Shown piece after piece: positions 16,673 through 29,965 of a DNA stretch of 64,000 nucleotides. This stretch comes from Heterodontus francisci (Eukaryota). Under the pieces are notes generated by a model. The model did no database searches, was not told the DNA's origin, and was given only the letters and a program-made list of their open reading frames with translations. The DNA is taken from NCBI RefSeq assembly GCF_036365525.1, contig NC_090411.1, positions 32,008,432-32,072,431 of the forward strand. The letters run 5' to 3'. How positions within the stretch are numbered: position 1 is the stretch's first letter; the number at the start of each line of letters is the position of its first letter. A program made the translations under genes and the position numbers.

Positions 16673-18844
16673 TTAGCATTCTAGATTCATTAGTTCTGTA
16701 ATATTGGTAGAAATAAAATGTGATCCATTTCTCCATTAGTATGTAATAGTCATTTCTTGCTGTATGTGGAAATAAAAGTATTTATGGACTGAATTTGTTT
16801 TTCTTTGTATAGATAAGTAACTCATTTCATTACTCTGATCACCAAGATACCTTGCTGTCTAATATCTAATTCCACTGAAACTTTACCATGCCTTTTTGAG
16901 TTTTGACCTCCTGCATCCAGCTTCTGCGAAGTGATTCAATGTCTGCTTAGGATAGTTTGCTCACATCTTCCAATTTTCAGTGAGAAACCTGTAGGGAATG
17001 TCTGAAATATGCAAGTTTTTCTGCAAAAGTAGTTTCTTGCATCTGCAGCTGATATGTCATGCAGTTGTGTGACATAAGGAAGGGATGTTGAATTTGGTTT
17101 TGACCCCTGTTCTCATTGGAGCGAAGGGCAATGCAGAGAGATTTGATAGAGATGGGACCATGTTGACCAAGGAAGATCTAATCCTGTTAGCTGATAACAC
17201 AAGTACTCACCAACGCAGCCTTGGGGGGTTTGGGCAAGTGATGTAGGAGTATCTGAGGAGAATTTTTTTTTTTAATAGTATCAGTGGCAATGCCTTGGAA
17301 CTTGCTGCTTATGCGAATGGTGGCAGTGTAGCCAATAAATGATTTCAAAAGGAAATTGGATGAGCATTTGGAGGAAAATACTCGTAGGTGCTAGAGTAGG
17401 GGAATGGGGCTGAATGTATTGTACTGGTCACGGGAAACTCCATGGACTGAATAGCCTCCTGTGTCATAAATGACTGACACTTCATTGTAAAACCTTCACC
17501 ATCTTAATCTACCTTTGACCAGGTTGTCATTTGGCCAACTATTACTTGCAACCCTATTCACCCAGGAGCTATATTTATGAATGTCTGGGATGAGTGAATG
17601 CAGAAATACTTGGGTCAGGTAGTTATGACCCCCTCTATTTCAGGTTAAAATCATCGCTTGCAAACAAGTCTCAAGTTCAGCTTTGCAGAAGCAACAACAC
17701 AGGAATTCACAACTCTTAAATTCCTTGGGGCTAGACCTCCATGTTGCACTTAAACAGAGCAACAGCATTCTGTTTGAAGCTCTCCACTTTTCATTTCCCC
17801 AACATGTCAGTTGGTTTGCAAATTCGCTTTGGGCTGGGCAACCTTTTTCAAAATATTGTGGTTAGCACTGTGAGAATAGATTCATTCTAGACCCATCAAG
17901 CGCAGTGTCAATTCTCCAAGAGATGGATCCAATTGTGCTCAACACAAAATGAAGTTCCATTTGCAGACTCCTGCGATTATGTTGACAAACTCTGAATCTG
18001 AGAACAGATTCAATCGGATTCACTTCGAGAAAACTCAAAGTAGCCAACATCAAATACATCATTGACAGGATTCTACTGAAGAGATTAGGAAAAATGGAAG
18101 TACATGGAATTGCAGGAAACCTTTAGACATGGTCATGGAGTTGGTTGGGAGGTAGGAAACAGAGAATAGAGATAATGGGTATGTACTCCAATTGGCAGGA
18201 TATGACTAGTCATCTCTCCCAGGGATCTGTACCAGGGCCTCAGTTTTTCATTACATTTTTAAATGACATGAAGGAATCGAGAGCCATATATCCAAGTTTG
18301 CTAATGACACTAAGTTACTTAGGTGTTACAGTAGGTGGAGTAAATTGGAGCAGAAAATTGAAAAGCGACATTGATAGATTGTGAGTAGCCAAAACTGTGA
18401 TCGATAAATTTCAATGTGAGATAGAGCGAGAACAGAGAGAGATAAATCAGAATATTTTCTAAATGGTGAGGAGCTAGGAACTGTGGAGGAGCAGAGAGAG
18501 TTAGGGGTCCGTGTACAGAAATTACTAAAAGCTAGTGGAGTGGTATTTAAATGAATTAAAAAGTCGAATAGACTTCATCTCAAGGGTCTGGAATACAAAG
18601 GGGTGGAGGTTATGCTTTATTTGTATAAAGCTCTGGTTAGATCACATCTGGAGTACTGTGTTCAGCTTTGATATATTGACCTTGGTGGGAGTGCAGCACA
18701 GATTCACCAGAATGATACCAGGGATAAAAGGGTTAAATTACGAGGACAGTTTGCATTATCGACTCTTGTATTCTTCAAGTATAGAAGAGTAAAGAATTAT
18801 TATAATTGATGTGTTTAACATGAGTACTAGATTTGATCAGGTGT

Positions 18845-20281
18845 TGTTATAACGGTGCTGCTACATTTCTTGTTGGTTTTTTTGGGTAGACTCATATTTT
18901 AGATTTATGGACATTGTTTTATTTTGGGAAAACTGAAAAGGATTCTATGGATTTTCTTGTCATTGTGGTCATTGAAAGGGCACTGAGAGGATTTGTGGTG
19001 AACAACCCTCACTGGCAGTCTCCAGTCTTCAGATAAATATCCCAGCAGGGGCTTTTTGACTTGGAGAAGATGGTTACAGAGAAGTGACAGGTCAAGATTT
19101 ATAGGGGTCAGGAGGCTTGACTCTTGAGATATTGTTTTTGATTTTGCTTTGAACAGTGTGTTGGAGTGTGAACTGTTTTGAAGACAATTGGAGAAAACCA
19201 GCCAAGAGAGCAGTCACCATCAGCATCCTCTTCTATCTTTTTAAGAACTTCCTGTGAATTAAGTGTAAGAAATAGGGAAACTAATATTGCATGTCTCCTG
19301 AAAAGGCTGCCAGAAACCCTGATGGCGCATTTCACGTGGAAAACCTACCAAACTGATCTTCAATGTCGCCTGAAAAGAACTGTTCTAGAAAGATCCCAGT
19401 GGCAGCAGTCTACATGTATTTGGGACACCAAACCAAAAAAGGGACAACAGACATTTTTCGGTATCTTCTCTTTTTTCTTCAAGAATTAACAATATTTGGG
19501 CAAAGTATTCTTTTTTGCCTTTTTTGTAACAGAGCTCTAAAAAGAAAATCTCTTTTTCTGGTTATCCAGTGTGTGTGTGTATGTGTCTGTGTGAGGTAAA
19601 GACCTGCTACCCGACCCTAACACGACGGGACCTGACGACATGTGTCGGGTACAGGTCGGGTCGGGTCGCTCATTTGGGTGCGGCTTTCAGGCACTTCAGG
19701 TAAGAAGTGTTAAAAGTAAAAAACCCAGCTGAGGTGGGAGTCCGAGACGTCAAAGAGGGAAACTCTAAGTCTGCGCAGTGAGCGAGTGAACGTCCCTATG
19801 ACGTCATCACGCTCATGCTGCAGCTTCCTGCAGATTGGGAGTCGCAGGGTAGGTAAAAGGAACATTCCGGTAGTTGGGTTGGGCTCAGGTCGGTTTGGGC
19901 TGGGTCGGGGTCGGGCTCGGGTCAGGGCATGGGAAGAAAATGGAGGGACTCGGGCCGGATGGGGCTCGGGTCAGATGTGGTTCTGTTGGGTTTGCATCGG
20001 GTTTTTTTTCGTGACCTGAGCAGGCCTTTAGTGTGAGGGGCTAAGATAAAAGGGAACTTTCATATTTCAATCTGTGTGTTACTGGTTAAGTCTTGTTTTA
20101 TAATTAACTGATAATTTTGTTGTTTATTAAAGAAACCTGGTTGGTGTATTTTATTTTGGGGTAAAAATAGAGTCTATGATCGACCGTATTGGTAACTGGG
20201 TAAACATTTAAATATATGTTGTGACCTGTGGAGAAGTGGAACTAGAAAAAACAATGCCCTCCTCCCACCTCAGTCAGAACA
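18845..20281. mobile_element. Solo-LTR-like element carrying a nested MITE
   Basis: Homologous to 1292-2294, running tgttataac...gtcagaaca. Confidence 0.55.
19597..20030. mobile_element. Non-autonomous hAT-type DNA transposon (MITE), 434 bp
   Basis: TIRs taaagacctgct and agcaggccttta (11/12 match), 8-bp TSD gtgtgagg at 19589-19596 and 20031-20038, and subterminal CGGGT/ACCCG repeats. The empty site, with a single gtgtgagg, is at about 2034-2041. Confidence 0.85.
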
Positions 20282-20863
20282 ATATATAGAGAGAAACTAT
20301 TTTCTCTGGTGGGGCAGTCCAGGACAGGGGCTATAATCTGAATATTAGAACTAGACCATTCAGGGGTGATGTTAGGAAACATTTCTTCACAAAAAGGGAT
20401 ATGGAAATCTGGAATTCTCTCCCCCAAAATGTTGACATCAATTAAACATTTCAAAACTAAAACTGTTAGATTTTTGTTAGGTACAGGTATGATGCAATAT
20501 GGATCCAATGCAGGCAAATGTCCTTAAGTGACAAACCATGATCTAATTGAATGGTGGAACAGGCTTGAGGGGCTGATTGGCTTCCTCCTGTTCCTATGTT
20601 CCAATCACAGTATAATCATCCAAACCTGCCTGTATTCCACAGCTCTCATTGTCGCTGGGTCCAACCCCCACAGCCTGACGACATTGTTAACTGGTGCCTG
20701 GATTCAATAACTATTCCTGACTGGCTACCTGGAATTGTCAATCATCATTAATGATGTCATTCCCTGTTTGAATGCAGGCTGTCCCAACGGTACAAATACA
20801 AGAGCTTGTGCAGGAAGTAGTTACATTGTTGTTTGAACTTAGCTTCTGTTAGTAGGAAAGATT

Positions 20864-23664
20864 ATGATGGCATCTCAAGTGTGTCAGAACTACCACAAGG
20901 ACTGTGAAGATGCTGTTAACAAGCAAATCAACCTGGAGCTCTATTCCTCCTATGTTTATCTTTCCATGGTGTGTATTGTTTTCTTGGCGTTCTGTTTCAA
21001 AGTTAAGACTGGGATTTCAATGTATTTTGAGTAGCTAGAATTTCTGTAGGTCTCACAGCTCCAGTGACCTGGGTTCAATTCTGGGTACTGCCTGTGTGGA
21101 GTTTGCAAGTTCTCCCTGTGTCTGCGTGGGTTTCCTCCGGGTGCTCTGGTTTCCTCCCATATGAAAAAGACTTGCTGGTTGATAGGTTAATTGGCCATTA
21201 TAAATTGCTCCTAGTATAGGTAGGTGGTAGGGAAATATAGGGATAGGTGGAGATGTGGTAGGAATATGGGATTAGTGTATGATTTAGTATAAATGGGTGG
21301 TTGATGGTCAGCACAGACTCGGTAGGTCGAAGGGCCTGTTTCAGTGCTGTATTTCTAAACTAAAACTAAATATTAATTGGGTTTATAATGTATCTTTCTA
21401 GTTCTCCTAGACTTAAATCTGTGAATACCCTTGAAACAGGGACTCTATTCCTTGCTCTGTAATATTTATGTCCAATTTTGAAAGTAACTCCAGTTCTGTG
21501 TAGTTTCCAATAGAGGATTCATGATCATGCATAAACCTATTCAACTTGAATGGCAACTATGAAGTTTAGTGACTAGTTAGTGGAACACTGTCTGACTAGT
21601 TCTGGTCTGTCTTTCCCCCTTTGTAAATGAGTAAATCCTGTGGTGCTGAATTCTTTTGTTTTGAGTAATGAATTTGCATGAAGCAGTAATTGAAAAGTCT
21701 CATTCAGTCCAATAAGACTTTTAGATCACTTGTCTCTTCTTTGGTGGACGAAGGATGTCCTGCTGATAAATGTAGTTTAAATGCTGAAATGAAACTTGGA
21801 TCCAAATAGTGTTACTGCTTTTAGTAATGTCACTGGGAGGAGCATTTCATCATGGTTAGTATTTTACAATATTAACTTGAAAAACCAAGCCCCTTAATTG
21901 AAGAAGATTCTTTTGAGATAAAGAATGGATGATTTACTAGGATGTTATTTTTAATGTGACCATGAATGATATTTGGGTCTGACCTCTCCCTTTCCATTTT
22001 TGCCTCTACCTGCAGTCCTATTACTTTGACCGGGATGATGTTGCCCTGCGTCACTTTGCTGAGTTCTTCAAGGAGCAGTCACATGAGGAACGGGAGCACG
22101 CTGAGAAACTGATGACATTCCAGAATAAACGTGGAGGCCGGATCATCTTGGAGGACATCAAGGTTAGATTTAATAAGCCGCTCCCTTCAACAGATTGGAC
22201 TGCAGTTTCCATTCTATCGGATAAAAGCAAAATACTGCAGATGCTGGAAATCTGAAATAAAAACAAGAAATGCTGGAACCACTCAGCAGGTCTGGCAGCA
22301 TCTGTGAAAAGAGAAGCAGAGTTAATGTTTTGGGTCGGTGACCCTCCTTCGGAAATCCGGAATGTTAACTCTGCTTCTCTTTCCACAGATGTTGCCAGAC
22401 CTGCTGAGTGGTTCCAGCATTTCTTGTTTTTATTTCAGATTTCCAGCATCTGCAGTATTTTGCTTTCATCCTATGTTCCTTTATTCTAATAATGTCAGTA
22501 CTCAATCTAGAGTTTAATGAGTAAAATTTCTAGTGTTGGTGAGTTGGTATGACTGACCTTTGTCTCCTATATTTATAAAATCAATAAATGGATTTTCAGA
22601 AGGAACAACGTCTGCTTTGTCAACCATTGGCTGAAACATACAGTGCTTAACTAGGTAACAGTCTTGAGAATGTGGGCCACAGCTGTAGATGTCCCTTAAA
22701 TGTAGTTGAGGATTATAAAGGAGAAAAAGAAAATTTTGCATATTTGGGGTAATTGGGATTGGAGCTTTGGCCAAAAATGGCAGTGAACTGATCCAGTGTC
22801 CTGTAATGGTCTGTCAACCCAGTGATTAAACCCCATCCCTCATAGTATTGGGGTGCACAGATTGTCTTTGTTACTGCTAACATTGTTGACCTTGAGCATA
22901 ACATCCCTTGGACTTTGCACTCCCACTAAAAAGACTACTATTCTGTTCCAGAAGCCAGTGCAGGATGAGTGGAGCAATGGTGTAGAGGCAATGCAGAGAG
23001 CTCTGCAGATGGAGAAGGATGTGAACCAGAGTCTGCTGGATCTGCACAAACTCTCCACTGGCAACACTGACCCTCATGTAAGTTAATATTGGAATGAGTT
23101 TTCAGGTTTGAAGGTGATGATTAGAATCTACCCTTAACTCTGGTAGAATTCCATAAGTTTTTTTTTTTGTCTTATTTAAAAAAACCAAGACATCCACACT
23201 AGATCTTGATCACTCAACAGTTTGCAAGGTACTTGGTTTCTCTGGCATCAATCTTGACTTGACTCCCAGTTTAATGGAATTGATTTGCCACATGTGGGTA
23301 AATTTTGGCCTTGTCTGGCTAAATATATCCACAGAATCTGAATGATTTCCTTCTGTGCTGACCACTTGGCCCACTGCCTGTGCTTCTTTCTCCAGAGAAA
23401 GTCTCGCTCCCATGTGCAGTACTTGTGCTATTATCCCAGTGCAAATAAAAATCTTATCTAATGAAGATTCTTGCTTTTTTAAGCTAACTATACTCGCCTG
23501 TTTCTCTTATGTTCTAGTTGTGTGACTTCCTGGAGACCCATTACTTGGATGAGCAAGTGAAGATGATCAAGAAGCTTGGAGATCACATCACCAACCTGAA
23601 GAGACTGGGAGCTCCTGACAATGGCATGGGAGAGTACCTGTTTGACAAGCACACGCTGAGTTAA
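20864..23664 (+). CDS. Ferritin heavy/middle-type subunit (fth1-like), copy 4, intact
   Basis: Exons 20864-20968, 22016-22162, 22952-23077 and 23518-23664. Variants LMTFQ, LEDIK, KPVQ and NGVEA. Confidence 0.93.
21050..21370 (+). mobile_element. 5'-truncated HE1-like SINE in intron 1 of copy 4
   Basis: ctcacagctccagtgacctgggttcaattctgggtactgcc...gaagggcctgtttcagtgctgtatttctaaactaaaactaaa. Confidence 0.85.
22216..22474. mobile_element. Palindromic insertion in intron 2 of copy 4 (inverted Penelope-like terminal fragments or MITE)
   Basis: Arms of about 110 bp (aaagcaaaatactgcagatgctggaaatctgaaataaaaacaagaaatgctggaaccactcagcaggtctggcagcatctgtg) are near-perfect reverse complements around a short spacer. 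Confidence 0.8.
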
Positions 23665-25833
23665 TTAGGGTTCTGCAACAATTAGTTCTATACTTTCTGA
23701 ATTCTTTTTGATTGCCAGTTTTCTCATCTCTTGCTGTATATAGAAATAAAAGTATTTATCATGGATCTGATCTTTGTATAATTCAATAGCTGACTTGATT
23801 ATTCAGATCATTATGCCTAGTTATATACTGATTCCATTTAAACCTTTCCCTGGCCAGCCTCCCAAACTTGGTTCAATGCCTTCTGAGGATAACTTACTCA
23901 CATCTCCCAATTTTCATCGAGAAGCTTGTCGAGGATATCGGAAATATGCAGTTTCTGCGACAGAAGTGTTCTTGCTGCTGTAGGTGAGGTAGCATGAACT
24001 TGTGGAATATGGGGAAAGGATACCCAATTTCTACCTGCATATGACCTTTTTGTCCACTTATTATAGACAAGAATTAACCACCTTTAATCTGCCATTTGAT
24101 TAACTAATATCTGTACCCCTAATTCACCTAAAGGGTATGTTTACCAATGTCTAGCCTCAGTACAGGGAGATGCTTGGGTGAGGTAGTAGGAGACCCCTAC
24201 GAGTTGACCTCCTAAATCTTCCCTCATAATAGTCTTGCACGTTGCAGAAAGTGCACTGCGACTTTACAGGTCTTAAATTCCATGGGGATTGTGCTCCATC
24301 TCTCCAGCGTTATGTGGAGCAACAATGCTCACTTTAAAGCTTCTCCATTTTCTATTTCCCTAATTTGCTGGTTAGGTTGCAGAGTCAGTGTGGATCACTT
24401 TCCATCTATTGTGGTCAAGATTGGTATCCCTGGCTTGGTCTAGACCCACCTGGAATACATCAATTTTCCAAGCCATCTTAATTTGGACCCAACTGTGCAA
24501 AATGGAATTTCCATTAACAAACTCATACAATTACATTATTAATTACTGACTCTGAACAGATTCAGTTTGAGGAACGCCAATATCAAATACATCATTGACA
24601 AGGTTCAACACAAGAGGTAAAGAAAAATGGAAGCCTGTGCAATTGGAGGAAATCTTTCACTATGGGTGGAGATTTGATTTTTGAGGTGGGAGACAGAGTA
24701 GGGATAATGGGTATGTACTCCAAACTATGGCTCGTCATCCTTTCCTGGGATCTATACTGTGGCTTCAGCTTTTCATTATATTTATAAATGATATCGATGA
24801 AGGAATAGAGTGCAGGATATGCAGGTTTTCTGATGCCACTATGTTGGGTGGCACAGTTAGTGTAAACTGGAGCAGGAATTTGCAAAGGGACGCTGATAGA
24901 GTAAGTGAGTGTGAAAAATTATGAATGATGGAGTTTAATGTGAAGTTAAGGTTCCATGGACAGAAATTAATCAAAACCAGTGGAGAGATACAAACAAAAT
25001 TGAAAAAACAAAATCAATGTTCATCTCTCACGAGGGCTGAAAATCAAAGTGGTGGAGGTTATGTTACAGTTGTATAAAGCTCAGGGTTAACCACATCTGA
25101 AGTACTGTGTTCATTTTGATCTGTTGGCCTTGGTGGGGGAACAGCACCAATTCACCAGAATGATACTCAGGCTAAATGATAAGGTCACTTTGCACTGACT
25201 GGTATGTATTCCTTCGTGTATTGAAGATTAAGTGATGATTATAATTGAGCTGTTGAAGATAATTAATGGGTTTAATAACGTAGATAGAGAGAAACTATTT
25301 TCTCTGGGACAGGGCTTCATCTTCAGATTAGGCAATTCAGGGATGATATTGGAAAGCATTTCTTCACAACACGGGAAAATAGAAATCTGGAACTCTCTTC
25401 CCCAAAATGGATCAAGTCAACATTCAAAATTGATGTTAGGTTTTTGTGAGTTAAGGTCATGAAATCATGAACCAAGGCAGGGAAATGGCATTAAGACACA
25501 GAGCAGCCATGATCTAATTGAATGGTGGAACAGACTTGAATTGGCCTCCTCCTGTTCCTTTGTTCCAATCACAGAATAATCTTGTAAACCAACCTGCATT
25601 CCACATCCCCGATTGGCTCTGGGTATCTCACCCCACCCACTGCTCCTTAATTGGTGCCTCGAGGCATGGAGGATTCCTGACTGGCTATCAGGGATTGTCA
25701 ATCATCATTGGTGATGTCATTCCCTGTTTGAATACAGGCTGATCCAGTTGCATAAATACAAGAGCTTGTGAGGGAAGTGGTTAGATTGCTGTTGTTGTGT
25801 TTGATTTAGCTTCTGTCAATATTAGAAGTGAAG

Positions 25834-27798
25834 ATGGTTTCCCAAGTGTGACAGAACTACCACAAGGACTGTGAGGATGCTGTTAACAAGCAGATTAACC
25901 TGGAGCTCTATTCCTCCTATGTTTACCTGTCCATGGTGAGTTTTGTATGTTTTGGGGTCCTAATTCAAAATTCAGGCTGTGACTTCATTGTATGCTGTTG
26001 TTTAGTGAATTGGCTTTTGGATGTATCTCAATAGCCCTCCCTAGACTTAATCCAGTGGATTATATTTAATAGTAATTCTGTAGAAGGTCTCATTAACAGA
26101 CTGCTCCCGGCTCTGTAGTTGTCTTATTCGGAGATATTTTATACCTGAAACCAGCTCCATGGTTCCATGAAGCTTGTAATTGAGGATTCATCTTGAAGTA
26201 TTAACTTGGTCAAATTTGTAACTTGGATGACAACAATTAACTTTAATTGGGTGACTCGTGAGTGAAATATGGACTGGCTTTCTCTTTTTACTAATTGAGT
26301 GAAATTCTTTGAATCCTCTGTCACGGAACCTGGATCTTGGTACTTGATTGTGCCAAAATGTTAAACTGCTGAATCTGGAAGGTTTTACTTTTTTTTAATT
26401 TAAATCCCTGAATTGGGGAAAGGGATTGGTGAAGGAGGGGGGGGGAGGGAAGAATGTCCCACTGAAATTTGAGCTTTCAACCTGCACTTGGACCTCTAAT
26501 AGATTCTGCCAAAAAATATCATGTTTCCCTCTTGTCTAATTTTAGCCACTTGCCTTGTTTCTACTTCATGAGGAGGGACTTTCAACCTTTTCAGAAAAGA
26601 TTAATGAAGCCAATTGTGCTTTGTGTAAGAATCATACTTTCTCCCTTAAACTGTAAATGCTTTCAAAAGCAAGGTATTGAAGTCATGAATGGGTATTTCA
26701 TCTACTATGATACAGCCACCATTTTTGATGTGACCATGGAGGGAATTTTGGATGTGACCTGGCTTTCTTCAATTTTTTTTTTTGTCTCTACCTGCAGTCC
26801 TATTACTTTGATCGGGATGATGTTTCCCTGCGTCACTTTGCTGAGTTCTTCAAGGAGCAGTCACATGAGGAACGGGAGCACGCTGAGAAACTGCTGAAAT
26901 TCCAGAATAAACGTGGAGGCCGAATCATCTTGGAGGACATCAAGGTTGGGTTTAATGAATGAGTGACCTCCTGTCTGGATCCCTGTAAATTGATGCTTTA
27001 GAAAGTATTTGAAAGAATTGATTCCATGGTTTAATGCAGTAATTGTATACATTTGTGACCCACTAGTTGCTTTTCCCCATTGTTCACCTTCTACTTTCTC
27101 ATGTGTTTTTGTTTTAATCCATTGTAAGTGAACTGTCTGACTTTCCTCTTCAGAAGCCAGAGCAGGATGAGTGGAGCAATGGTCTGGAGGCAATGCAGAG
27201 AGCTCTGCAGATGGAGAAGGATGTGAACCAGAGTCTGCTGGATCTGCACAAACTCTCCACTGGCAACACTGACCCTCATGTAAGTTCCTAACATTGCAAT
27301 TTTTCATGCATTGGTGATATTGGAATCTGCCCTTCACTCTACATTGGTAAACTTCTGTGTCAGTTTGTTTTTCATTTTTAGATTTTTGTTTTTGGGCCAA
27401 GAAGCCATCTACGCTGTAGACCTGGATCATTAAACTGTTCCCAAGGCACTGTGTATCTGCAGCATCAAAATGTTTCTTGTGCAGTCCATTCCCTGTTTTA
27501 TTAAAATTGGTTTGCCATTTTTGGGTAATTCTGCTCTTGTCTGGTTAAATGTGCCCATGTCACACTGTCCCAATTCCAAACCAGTGTAATTTCCCTTCTG
27601 GAGAAGATCCTCATTAAACACCTGTTTGGCATTTTCTATTTCATGTTCTAGTTGTGTGACTTCCTGGAGACTCTCTACTTGGAGGAGCAAGTGAAGATGA
27701 TCAAGAAGCTAAGAGATCACATCACCAACCTGAAGAGACTGGGAGCCCCTGACAATGGCATGGGAGAGTACCTGTTTGACAAGCTCACCCTGAGTTGA
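25834..27798 (+). pseudogene. Ferritin pseudogene, copy 5
   Basis: Exons 25834-25935, 26798-26944, 27154-27279 and 27652-27798. TGA at codon 6 (25849-25851; ATG GTT TCC CAA GTG TGA). Extra missense changes [11 protein letters not shown] and KLRDH. Confidence 0.88.
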
Positions 27799-29965
27799 TT
27801 AGCATTATAGAACCATAGTTCTGTAATATTGGTAGAAATAAAATGTGATCCATTTCTGGTTATTATGTAGTTTTCTCATTTCTTGCTGGATGTGGAAATA
27901 AAAGTGGTCATGGAGTGGTCTTTTGTTTTTCTTTGTATAGATAAGTAACTCATTTCATTATTCAGATTACCAAGATACCTAGCTGTCTAATATCTGGTTC
28001 CACTGCAACTTTACCATGCCTTTTGAGTTTTGCCCTCCTACATCCAGTTTCTGAGAACTGATTTCAATGTCTGGTTAGGATAGTTTGTTCACATCTTCCA
28101 ATTTCACTGAAAAACCTGTCGGGAATATCTGAAATATGCAATTTTTATCACAAAGGTAGTTTCTTACATCTGCAGCTGAAATGTTGTGCAACATGAGAAA
28201 GGGATGCTGAATTTTGTTTTGACCCCCTGTTCTCATTGGAGCACAAGGCAATGCAGAGAGATTTGATAGAGATGTGAAGATGCTGACAGGGGAACAAAGG
28301 AAGATCTATTCCTGTTAACTGATTGTACAAGTACTTGGGACACACACGTAGGGGGTTTGGGCAAGAGATGAAGGAATAGCTGAGGTGAACCTTTATTTTT
28401 TTTAATGACCTGGAACATCCTGCAGCGAAAGCAAAAAATGACATCAAAAAGAAATTGGGTGAGCATGTGGAGGCAAAAAAACTTGTAGGTGCGAGAGTAG
28501 GAGAATGGGACTGAATGCAGTGTACTGGTAACCAGAGACTCCGTGGACCGAATGGCCTCTTGTGTCATAAATGACTGACATTATTCATTGTAAAATATTC
28601 ACCATCTTAATCTGCCTCGTGGCCACGTTGTCATTTGTTCAACCATTACTTGCACCCCTATTCACCAGGAGCCATACTTACGAATGTCTGGGATGAGTGA
28701 GTGCAGAAATACTTGGGTCAGGTAGTTATAACACTCTATGTCAGGTTAAAATTTTCCCTCACAATCAAGTCTCAATAGACTTCAGTTTTGCAGAAGCAAC
28801 AACACAGGACTTTACAACTCCTAAATTCCATGGGGCTTGACCTCCATGTTGCACTTAGACGGAGCAACAGAGTTCTGTTCGAAGCTCTCCACTTTTCATT
28901 TCCCCAACATGTCAGTTGGTTTGCAGATGTGCTGTGGAATGTTTCGGGCTGGACAATCTTTTTCAATATATTGTGGTTAGCATTGTTAGAATAGATTCAT
29001 TCTACACCCATCAAACGCAGTGTCAATTCTCCAAGAGATGGATCTAATTGTGTTCAACACAAAATGAAGTTCCATTTGCAGACTGCTGCAATTATGTTGA
29101 CAAACTCTGAATATGAGAACAGATTCCATCAGGTTCACTTTGAGAAAACTCCAAGAAGCCAACATCAAATACATCATTGACAAGATTCTACTCAAGAGAT
29201 TAGGAAAAACGGAAGCACGTGGAATTGCAGGAAACCTTTAAACATGGTTGTGGAGTTGGTTGGGAGGTAGGAAACCGAGAGTAGAGATAATGGGTATGTA
29301 CTCCAATTGGCAGGATACGACGAGTCATCTCTCCCAGGGATCTGTACCTGGGCCTCAGTTTTTCATTACATTTTTAAATGACATGAAGGAATCGAGAGCC
29401 ATATATCCAAGTTTGCTAATGACACTAAGTTAGGTGTTACAGTAGGTAGAGTAATTTGGAGCAGAAAATTGAAAAGGGATGTTGATAGATTAGGTGAGTA
29501 GCCAAAACTATGATAGATGAATTTCAATGTCAGATAGAGCGAGGACAGAGAGACATAAATCAGAATATTTTCCAAAAGGAGAGGAGCTAGGAACTGTGGA
29601 GGAGCAGAGAGAGTTAGGGGTCCGTGTACAGAAATTACTAAAAGCTAGTGGACTAGTACATAAATGAATTAAAATGTCTAATAGACTGTTAGTCTTCATC
29701 TCAAGGAGTCTGTAAAACATAGGGTGGAGGTTATGCTATATTTGTATAAAGCCCTGGTTAGATCACATCTGGAGTACTGTGTTCAGCTTTGACATATTGA
29801 CCTTGGTGGGAGTGCAGCACAGATTCACCAGAATGATACCAGGGATAAAAGGGTTAAATTACGAGGACAGTTTGCATTAATGACTTTTGTATTCTTCAAG
29901 TATAGAAGAGTAAAGAATTATTATAATTGATATGTTGAACATGAATAATAGATATGATAAGGTAT

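Noticed and set aside
22180-22205. IRE-like string cttcaacagattggac at the start of intron 2 in D-type copies (also about 39635)
   Set aside because: It lacks the CAGUGN loop and is intronic, so it would not be in the mature mRNA. Likely chance similarity.
25849-25851. TGA at a position that is Cys (TGT) in several paralogs, suggesting selenocysteine
   Set aside because: Sister B copies have Arg (CGT) here, the copy has other damaging substitutions, and I see no distinct SECIS-like 3' UTR relative to other y-type copies. A SECISearch run would settle it.
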